A stretch of 64,000 nucleotides of DNA from an uncultured bacterium. GTDB lineage: Bacteria; Verrucomicrobiota; Kiritimatiellia; PWTM01. How positions within the stretch are numbered: the stretch's first letter is position 1; each line of letters opens with the position of its first letter. Both the position numbers and the translations under genes were made by a program. The stretch covers positions 8,118-72,117 of the forward strand of contig CAKZPT010000011.1 of the NCBI GenBank assembly GCA_937139365.1, given 5' to 3'. The notes below the pieces were generated by a model. The model had not been told where the DNA came from, did not search any database, and was given only the letters and a program-made list of their open reading frames with translations. Shown one piece after another: positions 31,226 to 40,557 of the stretch.

Positions 31226-31981
31226 ATGAGCGACGCTTTGCGCGATGTGCTCGACCGTGTGGCCCGCGGGGGGCTGTCCCCCGAGGCGGCGGCGGCCGAG
31301 CTGGCGGCGAGGATCGAGACGGGCCTTGGCTATGCGCGACTCGATCGGGACCGGCTGCGGCGTTGCGGCGTGCCGGAGGTGATCTACGGCCCCGGCAAGA
31401 CCGTGGAACAGTGCGTGGAGATCGCCCGCCGCATGGCCGCCGACAGCGGCCACGTGATGGTCTCTCGCGTCTCGGACGCGCAGGTGGCGGCGCTAACGGC
31501 CGCCCTCGCCGACGCGGTGGTTCATCAGCAGGCGCGCTGCGTCACGGTGGATCGCGCACCCCTGCCGGCGCCACGCGGTCGTGTGGCGGTTGTCACCGCC
31601 GGCACCGCCGACATCGCGGTGGCAGAGGAGGCCGCGTTGGCGGCCGAACGGATGGGCGCTCGGGTGGAACGGCTATGGGATGTCGGCGTCGCCGGCCTGC
31701 ACCGACTGTTTCCGCACCTCGATGTGCTGCGCTCCAGCCGGGCGGTCGTCGTCGTCGCCGGCATGGAGGGAGCTCTGCCATCCGTCGTCGCCGGGCTGAT
31801 CGACCGGCCCGTGATCGGCGTGCCGACGAGCGTCGGCTACGGCGTCCATTGGGGCGGCCTGACCCCCTTGCTGGCCATGCTCAATTCCTGCGTGCCCGGC
31901 CTGACGGTTGTCAACGTGGACAACGGCTTTGGGGCGGGCGTTGCGGCGGGCATGATCAATCGCCTCGGGGAGGGGGGATGA
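31226..31981 (+). CDS. larB: Nickel-pincer cofactor biosynthesis protein LarB (PurE-like carboxylase/hydrolase)
   Basis: VTAGTADIAVAEEA...DVGVAGLHRL...VVVAGMEGALPSVVAGL...VIGVPTSVGYG...MLNSCVPGLTVVNVDNGFGAG. Confidence 0.85.
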   Translation: MSDALRDVLDRVARGGLSPEAAAAELAARIETGLGYARLDRDRLRRCGVPEVIYGPGKTVEQCVEIARRMAADSGHVMVSRVSDAQVAALTAALADAVVHQQARCVTVDRAPLPAPRGRVAVVTAGTADIAVAEEAALAAERMGARVERLWDVGVAGLHRLFPHLDVLRSSRAVVVVAGMEGALPSVVAGLIDRPVIGVPTSVGYGVHWGGLTPLLAMLNSCVPGLTVVNVDNGFGAGVAAGMINRLGEGG

Positions 31982-33174
31982 CAACGCTGCGGCTCGACCT
32001 GGTGGGCGGCGCGGCGGGGGACATGCTGCTGGCGGCGTTGGTGGATTGCGGGGCCGAGCCGGCCCGGATCGAGGCAGCGGTCAACGACTTGAACTTCGGC
32101 GCTGTGCGGTTCGAGACGGAACGCGTCCGCTCCGGCGGCGTCTCGGGGCTCCGCCTGACGATCGTCCAAGAGGGCGACCGGGCCGATCACGGCCACGAGC
32201 ACCGCGCCTGGCGCGACATCCGGGCGGGCTTGGAACGTTCGTCGCTGCCCGCCGGGGCCCGCGAGCTGGCGCTGTCGGTGTTCGAGCGGCTGGCGGCGGC
32301 CGAGGCCGCCGTCCACGGCGTGCGGCCGGACAGCGTGCAGTTTCACGAGGTCGGCGCGCTGGATTCCATCGCGGACATCGTGGGCGCATGTTTGGCGCTG
32401 GACCTGCTGGGAGTGGAGGAAGTCTCGGCCGGCCCGTTCCCGATCGGCCGTGGCGAGGTCCGTTGCGCCCATGGCGTCTACCCCCTGCCCGCGCCCGCGA
32501 CGGCCGAGCTGTTGAAGGGCGCGGCGTTCGTCGAGGTGGACGAAACGGAGGAGACAGTGACGCCGACCGGCGCAGCCCTGGTCCTTGAATGGATGCGGCG
32601 GCGGCCCGTCCGCGAGGGCGGGACGCGCCGCACGATCCGCTCGATCGGGTACGGGATCGGTGCCCGGACGCTCCGCAGCCGTCCCAATTTCGTGCGCGCG
32701 ATGATCGAGACGCCGGCGTCGGCCGGCGACGTGCCGCCGACCGACTGCCTCGTGCTAGAAACGCAGATGGACGACGCGCCAGGCGAGTGGATCGGCGTGC
32801 TGGTGGAGCGCCTCATGGAGGGCGGGGCGCTGGACGTCTTCACCTGTCCCGTGCAGATGAAAAAACAGCGCCCCGGCGTCCTTGTGACCGCCATCTGCGA
32901 ACCGTCGCGGCGGGACGCGCTGCTGGACCTCTTTTTCCGCCACGGCACGACGCTGGGCGTGCGGGAATATCCGGTGCGCCGGACCGTGTTGGAGCGGGGG
33001 TGGATCACGGTGGCGACGCCGCATGGCGACGTTCGGGTGAAACTGGGCGTGTGGCGCGGCGAGGTGGTAACCCGCGCGCCGGAGATGGACGACTGCATCG
33101 CCCGGGCCGCGGCCGTGGGGGTGCCGGCGCGGGTCGTCTACGAAGCGGCGTGGCGCGCCGCGGGCGGGGCCTGA
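31978..33174 (+). CDS. larC: Nickel insertion protein LarC (TIGR00299 family)
   Basis: N-terminus LDLVGGAAGDMLLAALVDCG, then FHEVGALDSIADIVG...YPLPAPATAELL...ETVTPTGAAL. The ATG overlaps the larB stop (ATGA at 31978-31981). Confidence 0.85.
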   Translation: MTTLRLDLVGGAAGDMLLAALVDCGAEPARIEAAVNDLNFGAVRFETERVRSGGVSGLRLTIVQEGDRADHGHEHRAWRDIRAGLERSSLPAGARELALSVFERLAAAEAAVHGVRPDSVQFHEVGALDSIADIVGACLALDLLGVEEVSAGPFPIGRGEVRCAHGVYPLPAPATAELLKGAAFVEVDETEETVTPTGAALVLEWMRRRPVREGGTRRTIRSIGYGIGARTLRSRPNFVRAMIETPASAGDVPPTDCLVLETQMDDAPGEWIGVLVERLMEGGALDVFTCPVQMKKQRPGVLVTAICEPSRRDALLDLFFRHGTTLGVREYPVRRTVLERGWITVATPHGDVRVKLGVWRGEVVTRAPEMDDCIARAAAVGVPARVVYEAAWRAAGGA

Positions 33175-33178
33175 ACGG

Positions 33179-34039
33179 CTAGACGCTGGATCCCCGCCAG
33201 TGGAGTTTCTGACGGAGGACCTCGAAATGGTTGAAACCGCGAGGCCTCAGGAATCGCAGCGTATGCGGGGAGCGGCGGACCATCACCCGGTCACCTTGCG
33301 AAAACGGCTGATGGTCCTGGCCGTCGACCACGAAGATCTGCTCCTTGCTGGACTTCAGGCACTCGATCGTCACGACGGCTTCGTCCGGCAGCACCATCGG
33401 CCGATGGCTGAGCGTGTGGGGGCAGATCGGATTGACCACGATCACCCGCGCCTCGGGCGACACGATCGGCCCGCCGGCGGAGAGGGAATGGCCGGTGCTG
33501 CCGGTTGGGGTGGAGACAATCATGCCGTCGCACACGAATTCCCCCACCGCGACGCCGTCCACGGCCAGGCCGAGCGTGACGACGCGGGAGGTCGGCCCCC
33601 AGCCGATGACGACATCGTTCAGGGCGCCGTAGACGCCGGCGGGGGCGCCGGCGCGGTGCAGCTCCGCTTCGAGGGTGGCCCGTAGGGAAATATCGCACTC
33701 GCCGGCGATCGCGCGGCGGGCGGTCTCCTCGAGCCGGTCCTCCGTGACGCTGGTCAGGAATCCCAGGCTGCCGAGGTTGACGCCCAGCAAGGGGACGTCG
33801 CGTCCGCACAGCAGCCGGACAGCCCGTAACATCGTGCCGTCGCCGCCGAGGGCCAACAGTAGGTCGATTTCCCCCGGGAAGGCGCCGGGGTCGACGCGCC
33901 GGGCCGAGGGCAGCAATCCCGCCGTCGGGTCGCAAACGACGAGCGCCGCTCCGCTCTCCCGCGCCACCCGTTCGAGGCGGGCGAGCACGCCGGCGGCCAG
34001 CGGCTTGGTCGTATTGGCGATGACGCCGATGCGCGTCAC
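33179..34039 (-). CDS. nadK: NAD(+) kinase
   Basis: LLLALGGDGTMLRA, GVNLGSLGFLT, NDVVI, DGMIVSTPTGSTGHSLSAGGPIV. The GTG overlaps the tlyA stop (GTGA). Confidence 0.85.
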   Translation of the reverse strand: MTRIGVIANTTKPLAAGVLARLERVARESGAALVVCDPTAGLLPSARRVDPGAFPGEIDLLLALGGDGTMLRAVRLLCGRDVPLLGVNLGSLGFLTSVTEDRLEETARRAIAGECDISLRATLEAELHRAGAPAGVYGALNDVVIGWGPTSRVVTLGLAVDGVAVGEFVCDGMIVSTPTGSTGHSLSAGGPIVSPEARVIVVNPICPHTLSHRPMVLPDEAVVTIECLKSSKEQIFVVDGQDHQPFSQGDRVMVRRSPHTLRFLRPRGFNHFEVLRQKLHWRGSSV

Positions 34040-34776
34040 GGTCGTCTCCAGACGGCAAGGTATTCCACGTTTCCGGCAGGCCCCCGCAGCGGCGACTCGA
34101 TCGCGCCGATCCACGTCAAGCCGAGCGACTCTACACCGAATCGCCGGAGCTCGTCCACAACCCGCCGACGCACCTCCGGATCCCGGACGACGCCGCCTCG
34201 CGCGACCTCGCCGCGGCCGGCCTCGAACTGAGGCTTGATCAGCGTGACGATGGGCGAGCCCGGCGCCACCGCCGCGGCCACCGCCGGCAAGACTTTGCGC
34301 AACGAGATGAACGACACGTCCACACAGGCGAACGCCGGTCGCTCGGGCAGGTCCTCCGGCCTCAGCGCCCGCGCGTTGACCCCCTCCAAGACCGTAACCC
34401 GCGGATCGGAGCGCAGGCGCCAGTGGAGCTGGCCGCGGCCGACGTCGAGCGCGATCACCCTCGCCGCGCCGCGTTGCAGGAGGCAGTCCGTGAAACCGCC
34501 CGTGGAGGCGCCCACATCCAGGCACACGGCCCCGGCGACGTCCAGGCTGAACTGCGCCATGGCGGCCTCGAGCTTCTCACCGCCGCGGCTGACGAAGCGC
34601 GGCGGCGCGTCGACCGAGATCTCCGACTCCGGCGCCACTGGCCGCGACGGCTTGTCCACCCGCTGGCCGTCCACGCGGACCCGTCCGGCGCGGATCAGCC
34701 GCTGGGCCTGCGCACGGCTTTCGGCACGGCCCCGGAGCACCAAGGCCTCATCGAGCCGGCGGCGATCGGTCGGCAT
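34036..34776 (-). CDS. tlyA: TlyA-family rRNA 2'-O-methyltransferase (S4 and FtsJ domains)
   Basis: RLDEALVLRG...SRAQAQRLIRAGRVRVDG is the S4 domain. SRGGEKLEAA...CLDVGASTGGFTDCLL is the SAM-binding site. Confidence 0.85.
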   Translation of the reverse strand: MPTDRRRLDEALVLRGRAESRAQAQRLIRAGRVRVDGQRVDKPSRPVAPESEISVDAPPRFVSRGGEKLEAAMAQFSLDVAGAVCLDVGASTGGFTDCLLQRGAARVIALDVGRGQLHWRLRSDPRVTVLEGVNARALRPEDLPERPAFACVDVSFISLRKVLPAVAAAVAPGSPIVTLIKPQFEAGRGEVARGGVVRDPEVRRRVVDELRRFGVESLGLTWIGAIESPLRGPAGNVEYLAVWRRP

Positions 34777-34797
34777 GGGGCATCGGTGCGGCGGCCG

Positions 34798-35859
34798 TCA
34801 CTCGTCCGCCATCTGCGCGACGTCGGGCATCCGGGCGCTGGTGATCGAAAGCTGCATTGTCCGATCGTCGCGGCGGACCTCGAGGGGGAAGGTCGTGCCG
34901 ACCGGCCGGCTCATCACGGCACGCAGAAGGTCATGCGAGGAATTCACCGGTTGGCCGGCGATCCGGGCGATGACGTCGCCGGCCCTGAGGCCGGCCTTGG
35001 CGGCCGGCGTACCGCGGTAGACGGCGGCGACGCGTACCCCTCTCGGTTGGCCGGTCGGCGGGGGGTCGGTGTCCTCGTCCCAACCGATGCCCAGCCATGG
35101 CCGGTCGAACCGCCCGGTCCGGATGATGGACTCCGCCACACGTCGGGCGAGGTTGCCCGGCACGGCAAACCCGATGCCGATGTTGCCCTGCGACGCGCCG
35201 CTGGTCTGGATCACAGCGTTGACGCCGATCATCCGTCCGTCGAGGTCCACTAGCGGACCGCCGCTGTTGCCCGGGTTGATGGGGGCGTCGGTCTGGATAA
35301 AGTCCTCGAACGGCAGTACGCCGACACTGCGGCCCTTCTGGCTGATGACACCGAGCGTCACGCTGCTGGCGAGGCTGAAGGGGGAGCCGATCGCAATCAC
35401 GATCTCACCGATCCGGATTGCGTCCGAATCGCCCACCGCGATCGGCGTCAACTCGACCCGGGCGGGTTTCCGAATCTTGAGCACTGCCAGGTCCGTGTTC
35501 GGGTCCGAACCGACGAGGGTCGCCGGCAGCTCCGTTTCATCGTTCAGCACCACGGTAATGTGCTCCACGCCGGCGACGACATGGCGGCTGGTCAGCACGT
35601 GACCCTCGCGGTCGAGGATCATGCCAGAGCCCTGGCCGGAGAGGACCTGCGGAATGGCGATCCGGCGGCCGAAGAAGATGTCGTAGGCCCGCAGATACCG
35701 CGTCGCCTCGGTCCGCACAACGACCACGGAGGGCATGACCTTCTCGACCGTATCGGCGATCTCCCGACTCAGTTGTTTGGCCAGGCCGGGACCGGCCGCG
35801 GCCGCCGGCCATGCCGCGGCCAGCACCGTTGCGATGGCGTGTCGAATCCGGGAGTTCAT
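34798..35859 (-). CDS. HtrA/DegP-family serine protease with one PDZ domain
   Basis: Signal peptide. Catalytic triad contexts LTSRHVV (His), TDLAVLK (Asp) and NPGNSGGPLVD (Ser). The C-terminal PDZ is TPAAKAGLRAGDVI. Confidence 0.85.
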   Translation of the reverse strand: MNSRIRHAIATVLAAAWPAAAAGPGLAKQLSREIADTVEKVMPSVVVVRTEATRYLRAYDIFFGRRIAIPQVLSGQGSGMILDREGHVLTSRHVVAGVEHITVVLNDETELPATLVGSDPNTDLAVLKIRKPARVELTPIAVGDSDAIRIGEIVIAIGSPFSLASSVTLGVISQKGRSVGVLPFEDFIQTDAPINPGNSGGPLVDLDGRMIGVNAVIQTSGASQGNIGIGFAVPGNLARRVAESIIRTGRFDRPWLGIGWDEDTDPPPTGQPRGVRVAAVYRGTPAAKAGLRAGDVIARIAGQPVNSSHDLLRAVMSRPVGTTFPLEVRRDDRTMQLSITSARMPDVAQMADE

Positions 35860-35907
35860 AAAACCGCACGACTCCTCAACGTTTGGACTCCGTGCCGGCG
35901 CGATCAT

Positions 35908-36174
35908 TCACGGCGGGCCGTCCTGTGGTTCATCCTCCGACGTCGGAAGCGGCTCGACGGTCTCGCGCCCTTCCTTCTGCACCAGCTGCTCGATTCGACG
36001 TTCGATAGCGTCGAGGCGCTGGTTGCAGATGCGGACCAGCTGGACGCCCTCCTCGAAGGAGTCGATCATCCGGTCGAGATCCTCCTCGCCGGACTCGAGG
36101 CGGGCGACGATCTCCTCAAGACGGCGGAGGGCCTCCTCAAAGGACAGGGCGTCCGGTTTCTTGCGCTGGGCCAT
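35908..36174 (-). CDS. xseB: Exodeoxyribonuclease VII small subunit
   Basis: LSFEEALRRLEEIVARLESGEEDLDRMIDSFEEGVQLVRICNQRLD is the canonical XseB pattern. Confidence 0.85.
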   Translation of the reverse strand: MAQRKKPDALSFEEALRRLEEIVARLESGEEDLDRMIDSFEEGVQLVRICNQRLDAIERRIEQLVQKEGRETVEPLPTSEDEPQDGPP

Positions 36175-36194
36175 GGGTGTTCCTTTCGGGGCGG

Positions 36195-37610
36195 TCAGCC
36201 GGTCTTCGGATCCATCTTTGCGGTCCGCACCTCGGAGTCAACCTCCCCGCGCCACAGACGGGTGATCAGCCGGTCACCGGGATGGACCTGGTCGGCGCGG
36301 CGGAGGAGTCGACCGTCGGGGCCGCGGGTGATGCTGTAGCCGCGGGCCAGCACGGCATGGGGGTCGAGGGCACGAAGCCGCGCGTCGATCTGTTGGGCGT
36401 GGAGCCGTCGGGCGGCGAGGGTGCGGCGGGCGGCGGCGAGGAGACGGTCGGATGGAAGAGCCCGCAGCCACTGCGTCGCCGCCGCTTGCCGCGTGGTCAG
36501 CGTTTCCCGGGCGCGAGCGGCCAGGTCGTCCAGGCGCTGGCGGAAGAGGGAGGTGCGGCGACGAGCGGCGACGGCCAGGTCGCGGCTGAGGGAGCGGACG
36601 CGCTCGCGCGGGTCCCGGACGGCCCGACGCGGATCGCGGAACCACGGATGGGCGGCCGCGAGGCAGACGCGGGCGCGGCGCGAGTTCACCGTCTGCCACG
36701 CCGCGCGCCGCAAGCGGACCGCCCACTGCGCGACGGTGCGCTCCAGCTCGGCGCGGTCCGGGACGGCGGCCATCGCCGCGGCGGAGGGCGTCGGCGCGCG
36801 GAGGTCGGCGGCCAGGTCGGTCAGCGTGATGTCGGTCTCGTGGCCGACCCCCGAAACGACGGGGTGGGCGCAGCGCGCGACGGCGCGGACGACCGCCTCC
36901 TCGTTGTACGCCCACAAGTCCTCGATGCTGCCACCGCCACGGGCGACGATGACCACCTCCACGTCCGGACGTGCGCTCAGCCGATCGATCGCCGCAGCGA
37001 TGTCCGCGGCGGCCCCCTCGCCTTGGACCCGACAAGGCGAGACAAGGATGGGCATATTGGGAAACCTGCGTCCGATGACGCGGAGGATGTCGCGCAGGGC
37101 GGCGCCGGACGGCGAGGTCGCGACGCCGACACAGCGGGGGAGGCGAGGCAGGGGCCGTTTGCGGGCGGGGTCGAAGAGCCCCTCGGCCGCCAGGCGGGCC
37201 TTCAGGCGCTCCAGGGCTTCGTACAACGCGCCGCGGCCGGCGGGTTCGACGCGCAGCGCGCGGATCTGGTAGGCGCTCCGCGGTTCGTAAATGCAGACTT
37301 CGCCCCAGATGCGCACGCGGAGGCCGTCGGCCATCTCGCGGACAAACGGCGCTTGGTTGGACCGGAACCACACGACGTCGAGGCGGGCGGACGTGTCGGC
37401 GTCCTTCAGCGAGAAGTACGCGTGCCCGGAATGGGTCTGGCGGCGGAAGTTGGAGACCTCGCCCTCTACCCAGACGGGATCCGGAAATGCCCTGCCGATG
37501 GCGGACTGGATTCGCTGCGCGACCTCCGCGACGCGAAGGACCGGCGGCTCGTTGCGCGACGTCCCGAACAACGGCAAGTCAGCCTGAGGATCATTCGGCC
37601 TCGGACGCAT
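36195..37610 (-). CDS. xseA: Exodeoxyribonuclease VII large subunit
   Basis: OB-fold N-terminus (VWVEGEVSNFRRQTHSGHAYFSLKD), then IGVATSPSGAALRDI, VIVARGGGSIEDLWAYN, SGVGHETD. Confidence 0.9.
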   Translation of the reverse strand: MRPRPNDPQADLPLFGTSRNEPPVLRVAEVAQRIQSAIGRAFPDPVWVEGEVSNFRRQTHSGHAYFSLKDADTSARLDVVWFRSNQAPFVREMADGLRVRIWGEVCIYEPRSAYQIRALRVEPAGRGALYEALERLKARLAAEGLFDPARKRPLPRLPRCVGVATSPSGAALRDILRVIGRRFPNMPILVSPCRVQGEGAAADIAAAIDRLSARPDVEVVIVARGGGSIEDLWAYNEEAVVRAVARCAHPVVSGVGHETDITLTDLAADLRAPTPSAAAMAAVPDRAELERTVAQWAVRLRRAAWQTVNSRRARVCLAAAHPWFRDPRRAVRDPRERVRSLSRDLAVAARRRTSLFRQRLDDLAARARETLTTRQAAATQWLRALPSDRLLAAARRTLAARRLHAQQIDARLRALDPHAVLARGYSITRGPDGRLLRRADQVHPGDRLITRLWRGEVDSEVRTAKMDPKTG

Positions 37611-38385
37611 CCAGCCACTCCCGATGCCGGCGGATCGCCTCAGCGCGCCCGGCCGCGTTGATCTCGACGACGACCGCGTCCAGCACCGTGCGCCCGGCGG
37701 CGACTTTGTAGCGCTGGGGCATTCCGGTGAGGAACTTTGACAGCACCGAGGTCGTGTCGCGGCCGATGATGGAGTCGGCGGGACCGGTCATGCCGACGTC
37801 GGAAATGAACGCGGTGCCGCGGGGAAGGATGCGTTCATCGGCGGTGGGCACGTGGGTGTGGCTGCCCAAGACCGCCGCGACACGGCCGTCGAGGTGCCAG
37901 CCGAGGGCGGCCTTTTCGGAGGTCGCCTCGGCGTGAAATTCGACGATCACGAAGCCGCGGTCCGGCGGAAGGGCGGCGAGGATTGCGTCGGCGGCGCGAA
38001 AGGGGCAGGCGGCGACGGGGGGCAGAAAGACGCGGCCGAGCAGGCAAAGGACCGTCAGTGGGCCGGCGGGGGTGGGGTGGGTGGTCCAGCCGGCGCCGGG
38101 GCATTCGGGCGGCAGGTTGGCCGGCCGGAGAATCCGGCGGTCGGCGCGAAGGCGGGGCTGGAGTTCCTTTTGGTCCCAGACATGGTCACCGAGGGTGAGC
38201 AAGTCCACGCCCGCACGGAACAGTTCGTCGGCCAGCTCGGGCGTGAGACCCTGGCCGCCGGCGGCGTTTTCGGCGTTGGCGACGACGGCGTCGGGCGCGC
38301 AGGCGCGGCGGAGGCGGGGCAAAACGTCGCGGACCGCCCGGCGGCCCGGGGCGCCGACGATGTCGCCGATCATGAGCACGCGCAT
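37591..38385 (-). CDS. ymdB: YmdB-family metallophosphoesterase (TIGR00282)
   Basis: MRVLMIGDIVGAPGR...VVANAENAAGGQGLT...LGDHVWD...HAEATSEK...GSHTHVPTAD. It lies directly downstream of rny, as in Bacillus. Confidence 0.85.
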   Translation of the reverse strand: MRVLMIGDIVGAPGRRAVRDVLPRLRRACAPDAVVANAENAAGGQGLTPELADELFRAGVDLLTLGDHVWDQKELQPRLRADRRILRPANLPPECPGAGWTTHPTPAGPLTVLCLLGRVFLPPVAACPFRAADAILAALPPDRGFVIVEFHAEATSEKAALGWHLDGRVAAVLGSHTHVPTADERILPRGTAFISDVGMTGPADSIIGRDTTSVLSKFLTGMPQRYKVAAGRTVLDAVVVEINAAGRAEAIRRHREWLDASEAE

Positions 38386-38401
38386 AAGATTCCTCCGCGC
38401 C

Positions 38402-39970
38402 TCAGTGGACGTACTCCACGCAACGGGTTTCGCGGATGACGGTGACCTTGATCTGGCCGCCGACGGGCATTTCTGCGTGGATTCTGCGAGCGATGTCGCG
38501 CGCGAGGACCAGCGCGGCGTTGTCGTCGACCTGCTCGGGCGCGACGAAGACGCGCAGTTCCCGGCCGGCCTGAAGGGCGAAACATTGCTTGACGCCGGGG
38601 AAGGAGGCGCCGATCTGCTCGAGACGGCCGATTCGCCGCAGGAACAGTTCCGTCGTTTCCGATCGGGCCCCGGGACGGGCGGCGGTCATCCCGTCGGCGG
38701 CGCCGGCCAGCGAGGCGTACGGGTTGTCGGTGGCGATCTCGTGGTGGTGGGCGGCGACCGCCTCCCAGACGACCTGGGGCTCTCCGTGGCGCCGGAGGAC
38801 GTCGGCGCCGACTGCGGCATGGGGACCCTCGGACTTGTGCGAGAGGGCCTTTCCGATGTCGTGGAACAGGCCGACGCGCCGAGCGATGGCGGCGTCGAGG
38901 CCGAGGTCGGCCGCCATCAGGCCCATCAGGTGGCCCATCTCGACCGAATGGCGCAGGACGTTCTGCGAAAAACTCGTCCGAAAGTGGAGCGTGCCGAGCA
39001 GAGGCAGCAGGCCAGGATCGACGCCGCTGAGTTGAAGCTCGTCGAGGGCGTCGAGGGCGGCCTTGCGGCCGATCTCCTCCACCTCCTGCCGGGCCCGCGC
39101 GGCCACCTCCTCGATGCGCGCCGGCTGGATGCGGCCGTCGTCGATCAGCACCTCGACGGTCCGTCGGGCGACTTCGCGGCGGACGGGATCGAAGGAGGAG
39201 ATGACGAGGGTTCGCGCGGTGTCGTCCACGATGAACGTGCAGCCGGTTTCCGCCTCCAGCGACCGGATGTTGCGCCCTTCGCGGCCGATGATGCGGCCCT
39301 TCATTTCGTCGTCGGGCAGGGAGATGGAGCAAGTGGTGGCGCGGTTGACTTGGTCGGCGGCGAAGCGTTCGAGCGCGGCGAGGATCGTCTCGCGGGCTCG
39401 GGCCTCGGTGGTGCGGACCAGTTCCTCCTGATGGCGCCGGATCACGGCGGCGCGCTCGGCCACCAGCTCCTGTTCCAAGCGGTCGAGGAGGATCTGGCGC
39501 GCTTCGTTGCGCGACAGATGGGCGACCGCCGACAGCCGCGCCTCGGTTTCCGCGCGGGCCTCGTCCAGCCGCCGTCGCACGCCCTCGAGCTCGTCCATCC
39601 GCCGGGCCAGTTCCGCCTCGCGCGCCTCCACGACGGCGGTCTTCTTTTCGAGCAAAGCGGCACGGCGGTCAAGGTCGGCCTGCAACGCCGCCAGGCGCTC
39701 TTCGGCGACGGTCAGGTGCCGGCGCCGTCCGGCGTGCTCGGCCTCGAAGGCCTCCATCGCGCGGACGACCTCCTCGCGGGCGGCGAGTTTCGCCTCGCGG
39801 AGGATGTGGTCGGCCTCGTCGCGGGCGGCGGCCACCTTGTTCTGCGCTTCGCGGACTTCGTCGGCCATCCGCCGGCGCATCATCACGGCGTGAAGGACGT
39901 AACCGGCGAGCAAGCCGAGCAGAACAACGAAAATGGGCGCCAGCCAGGAGGTCATGGTTTCCCAGCTCAT
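38402..39970 (-). CDS. rny: Ribonuclease Y
   Basis: N-terminal TM helix, coiled-coil, KH domain (MKGRIIGREGRNIRSLE) and HD domain (HSVEMGHLMG...GLFHDIGKA). GGAGG RBS. The ATG overlaps the upstream stop. Confidence 0.9.
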   Translation of the reverse strand: MSWETMTSWLAPIFVVLLGLLAGYVLHAVMMRRRMADEVREAQNKVAAARDEADHILREAKLAAREEVVRAMEAFEAEHAGRRRHLTVAEERLAALQADLDRRAALLEKKTAVVEAREAELARRMDELEGVRRRLDEARAETEARLSAVAHLSRNEARQILLDRLEQELVAERAAVIRRHQEELVRTTEARARETILAALERFAADQVNRATTCSISLPDDEMKGRIIGREGRNIRSLEAETGCTFIVDDTARTLVISSFDPVRREVARRTVEVLIDDGRIQPARIEEVAARARQEVEEIGRKAALDALDELQLSGVDPGLLPLLGTLHFRTSFSQNVLRHSVEMGHLMGLMAADLGLDAAIARRVGLFHDIGKALSHKSEGPHAAVGADVLRRHGEPQVVWEAVAAHHHEIATDNPYASLAGAADGMTAARPGARSETTELFLRRIGRLEQIGASFPGVKQCFALQAGRELRVFVAPEQVDDNAALVLARDIARRIHAEMPVGGQIKVTVIRETRCVEYVH

Positions 39971-40557
39971 CGAGACCTCCGGCCGTTGAAGATCGGCGGG
40001 CGTGGGCGTGCGCGGAGCGTGCGCCGGTCGGTGACAATGCCGTCCATGCGGCGATCGTGGGGCTCGGCGGGCAGCCGGTCGAGGAGGAACGCATCCGGCG
40101 CGATCCCGATCGCCGGGCAGCGGCAACCGGCCAGCAACCGGTCGTAATGTCCGCCGCCGCGGCCAAGCCGATCCCCGAGTCGGTCGAACGCCAGCCCCGG
40201 CACGATGACCAGATCGATCTGCCGCGCGGAGATCCAGCGCGGGCGCGCAGGCTGGGGAATGCCGAACGGACCGGGCACCGATGGCGCATCCGGCCGCCAG
40301 AGGGCCCAGCGGTACCGCTGGAGCCGGGCATCCCAGGCCGGCACAGCCCACTGCCGCGTCCGGGCGGCCGGCATCGCGGCGAGCCGGTGAATCGGCGGCT
40401 CGTCCGGCCGGGGGACGAAGATCGCGATGGTCCGCGCCCGGCGGAGCTCGCGCAGGCGGGCGAGTCGCGCGACCGCGCGCTCTCCGCATGTCCGCCGTTC
40501 GACGGATGACATCCGGGCAAGCGCCTTGCGACACTGATACCGGATGCCGGCTTTCAT
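39967..40557 (-). CDS. 5-formyltetrahydrofolate cyclo-ligase
   Basis: IDLVIVPGLAFDRLGDRLGRGGGHYDRLL is the MTHFS signature. It has 4-nt overlaps with both neighbours. Confidence 0.8.
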   Translation of the reverse strand: MKAGIRYQCRKALARMSSVERRTCGERAVARLARLRELRRARTIAIFVPRPDEPPIHRLAAMPAARTRQWAVPAWDARLQRYRWALWRPDAPSVPGPFGIPQPARPRWISARQIDLVIVPGLAFDRLGDRLGRGGGHYDRLLAGCRCPAIGIAPDAFLLDRLPAEPHDRRMDGIVTDRRTLRARPRPPIFNGRRSR

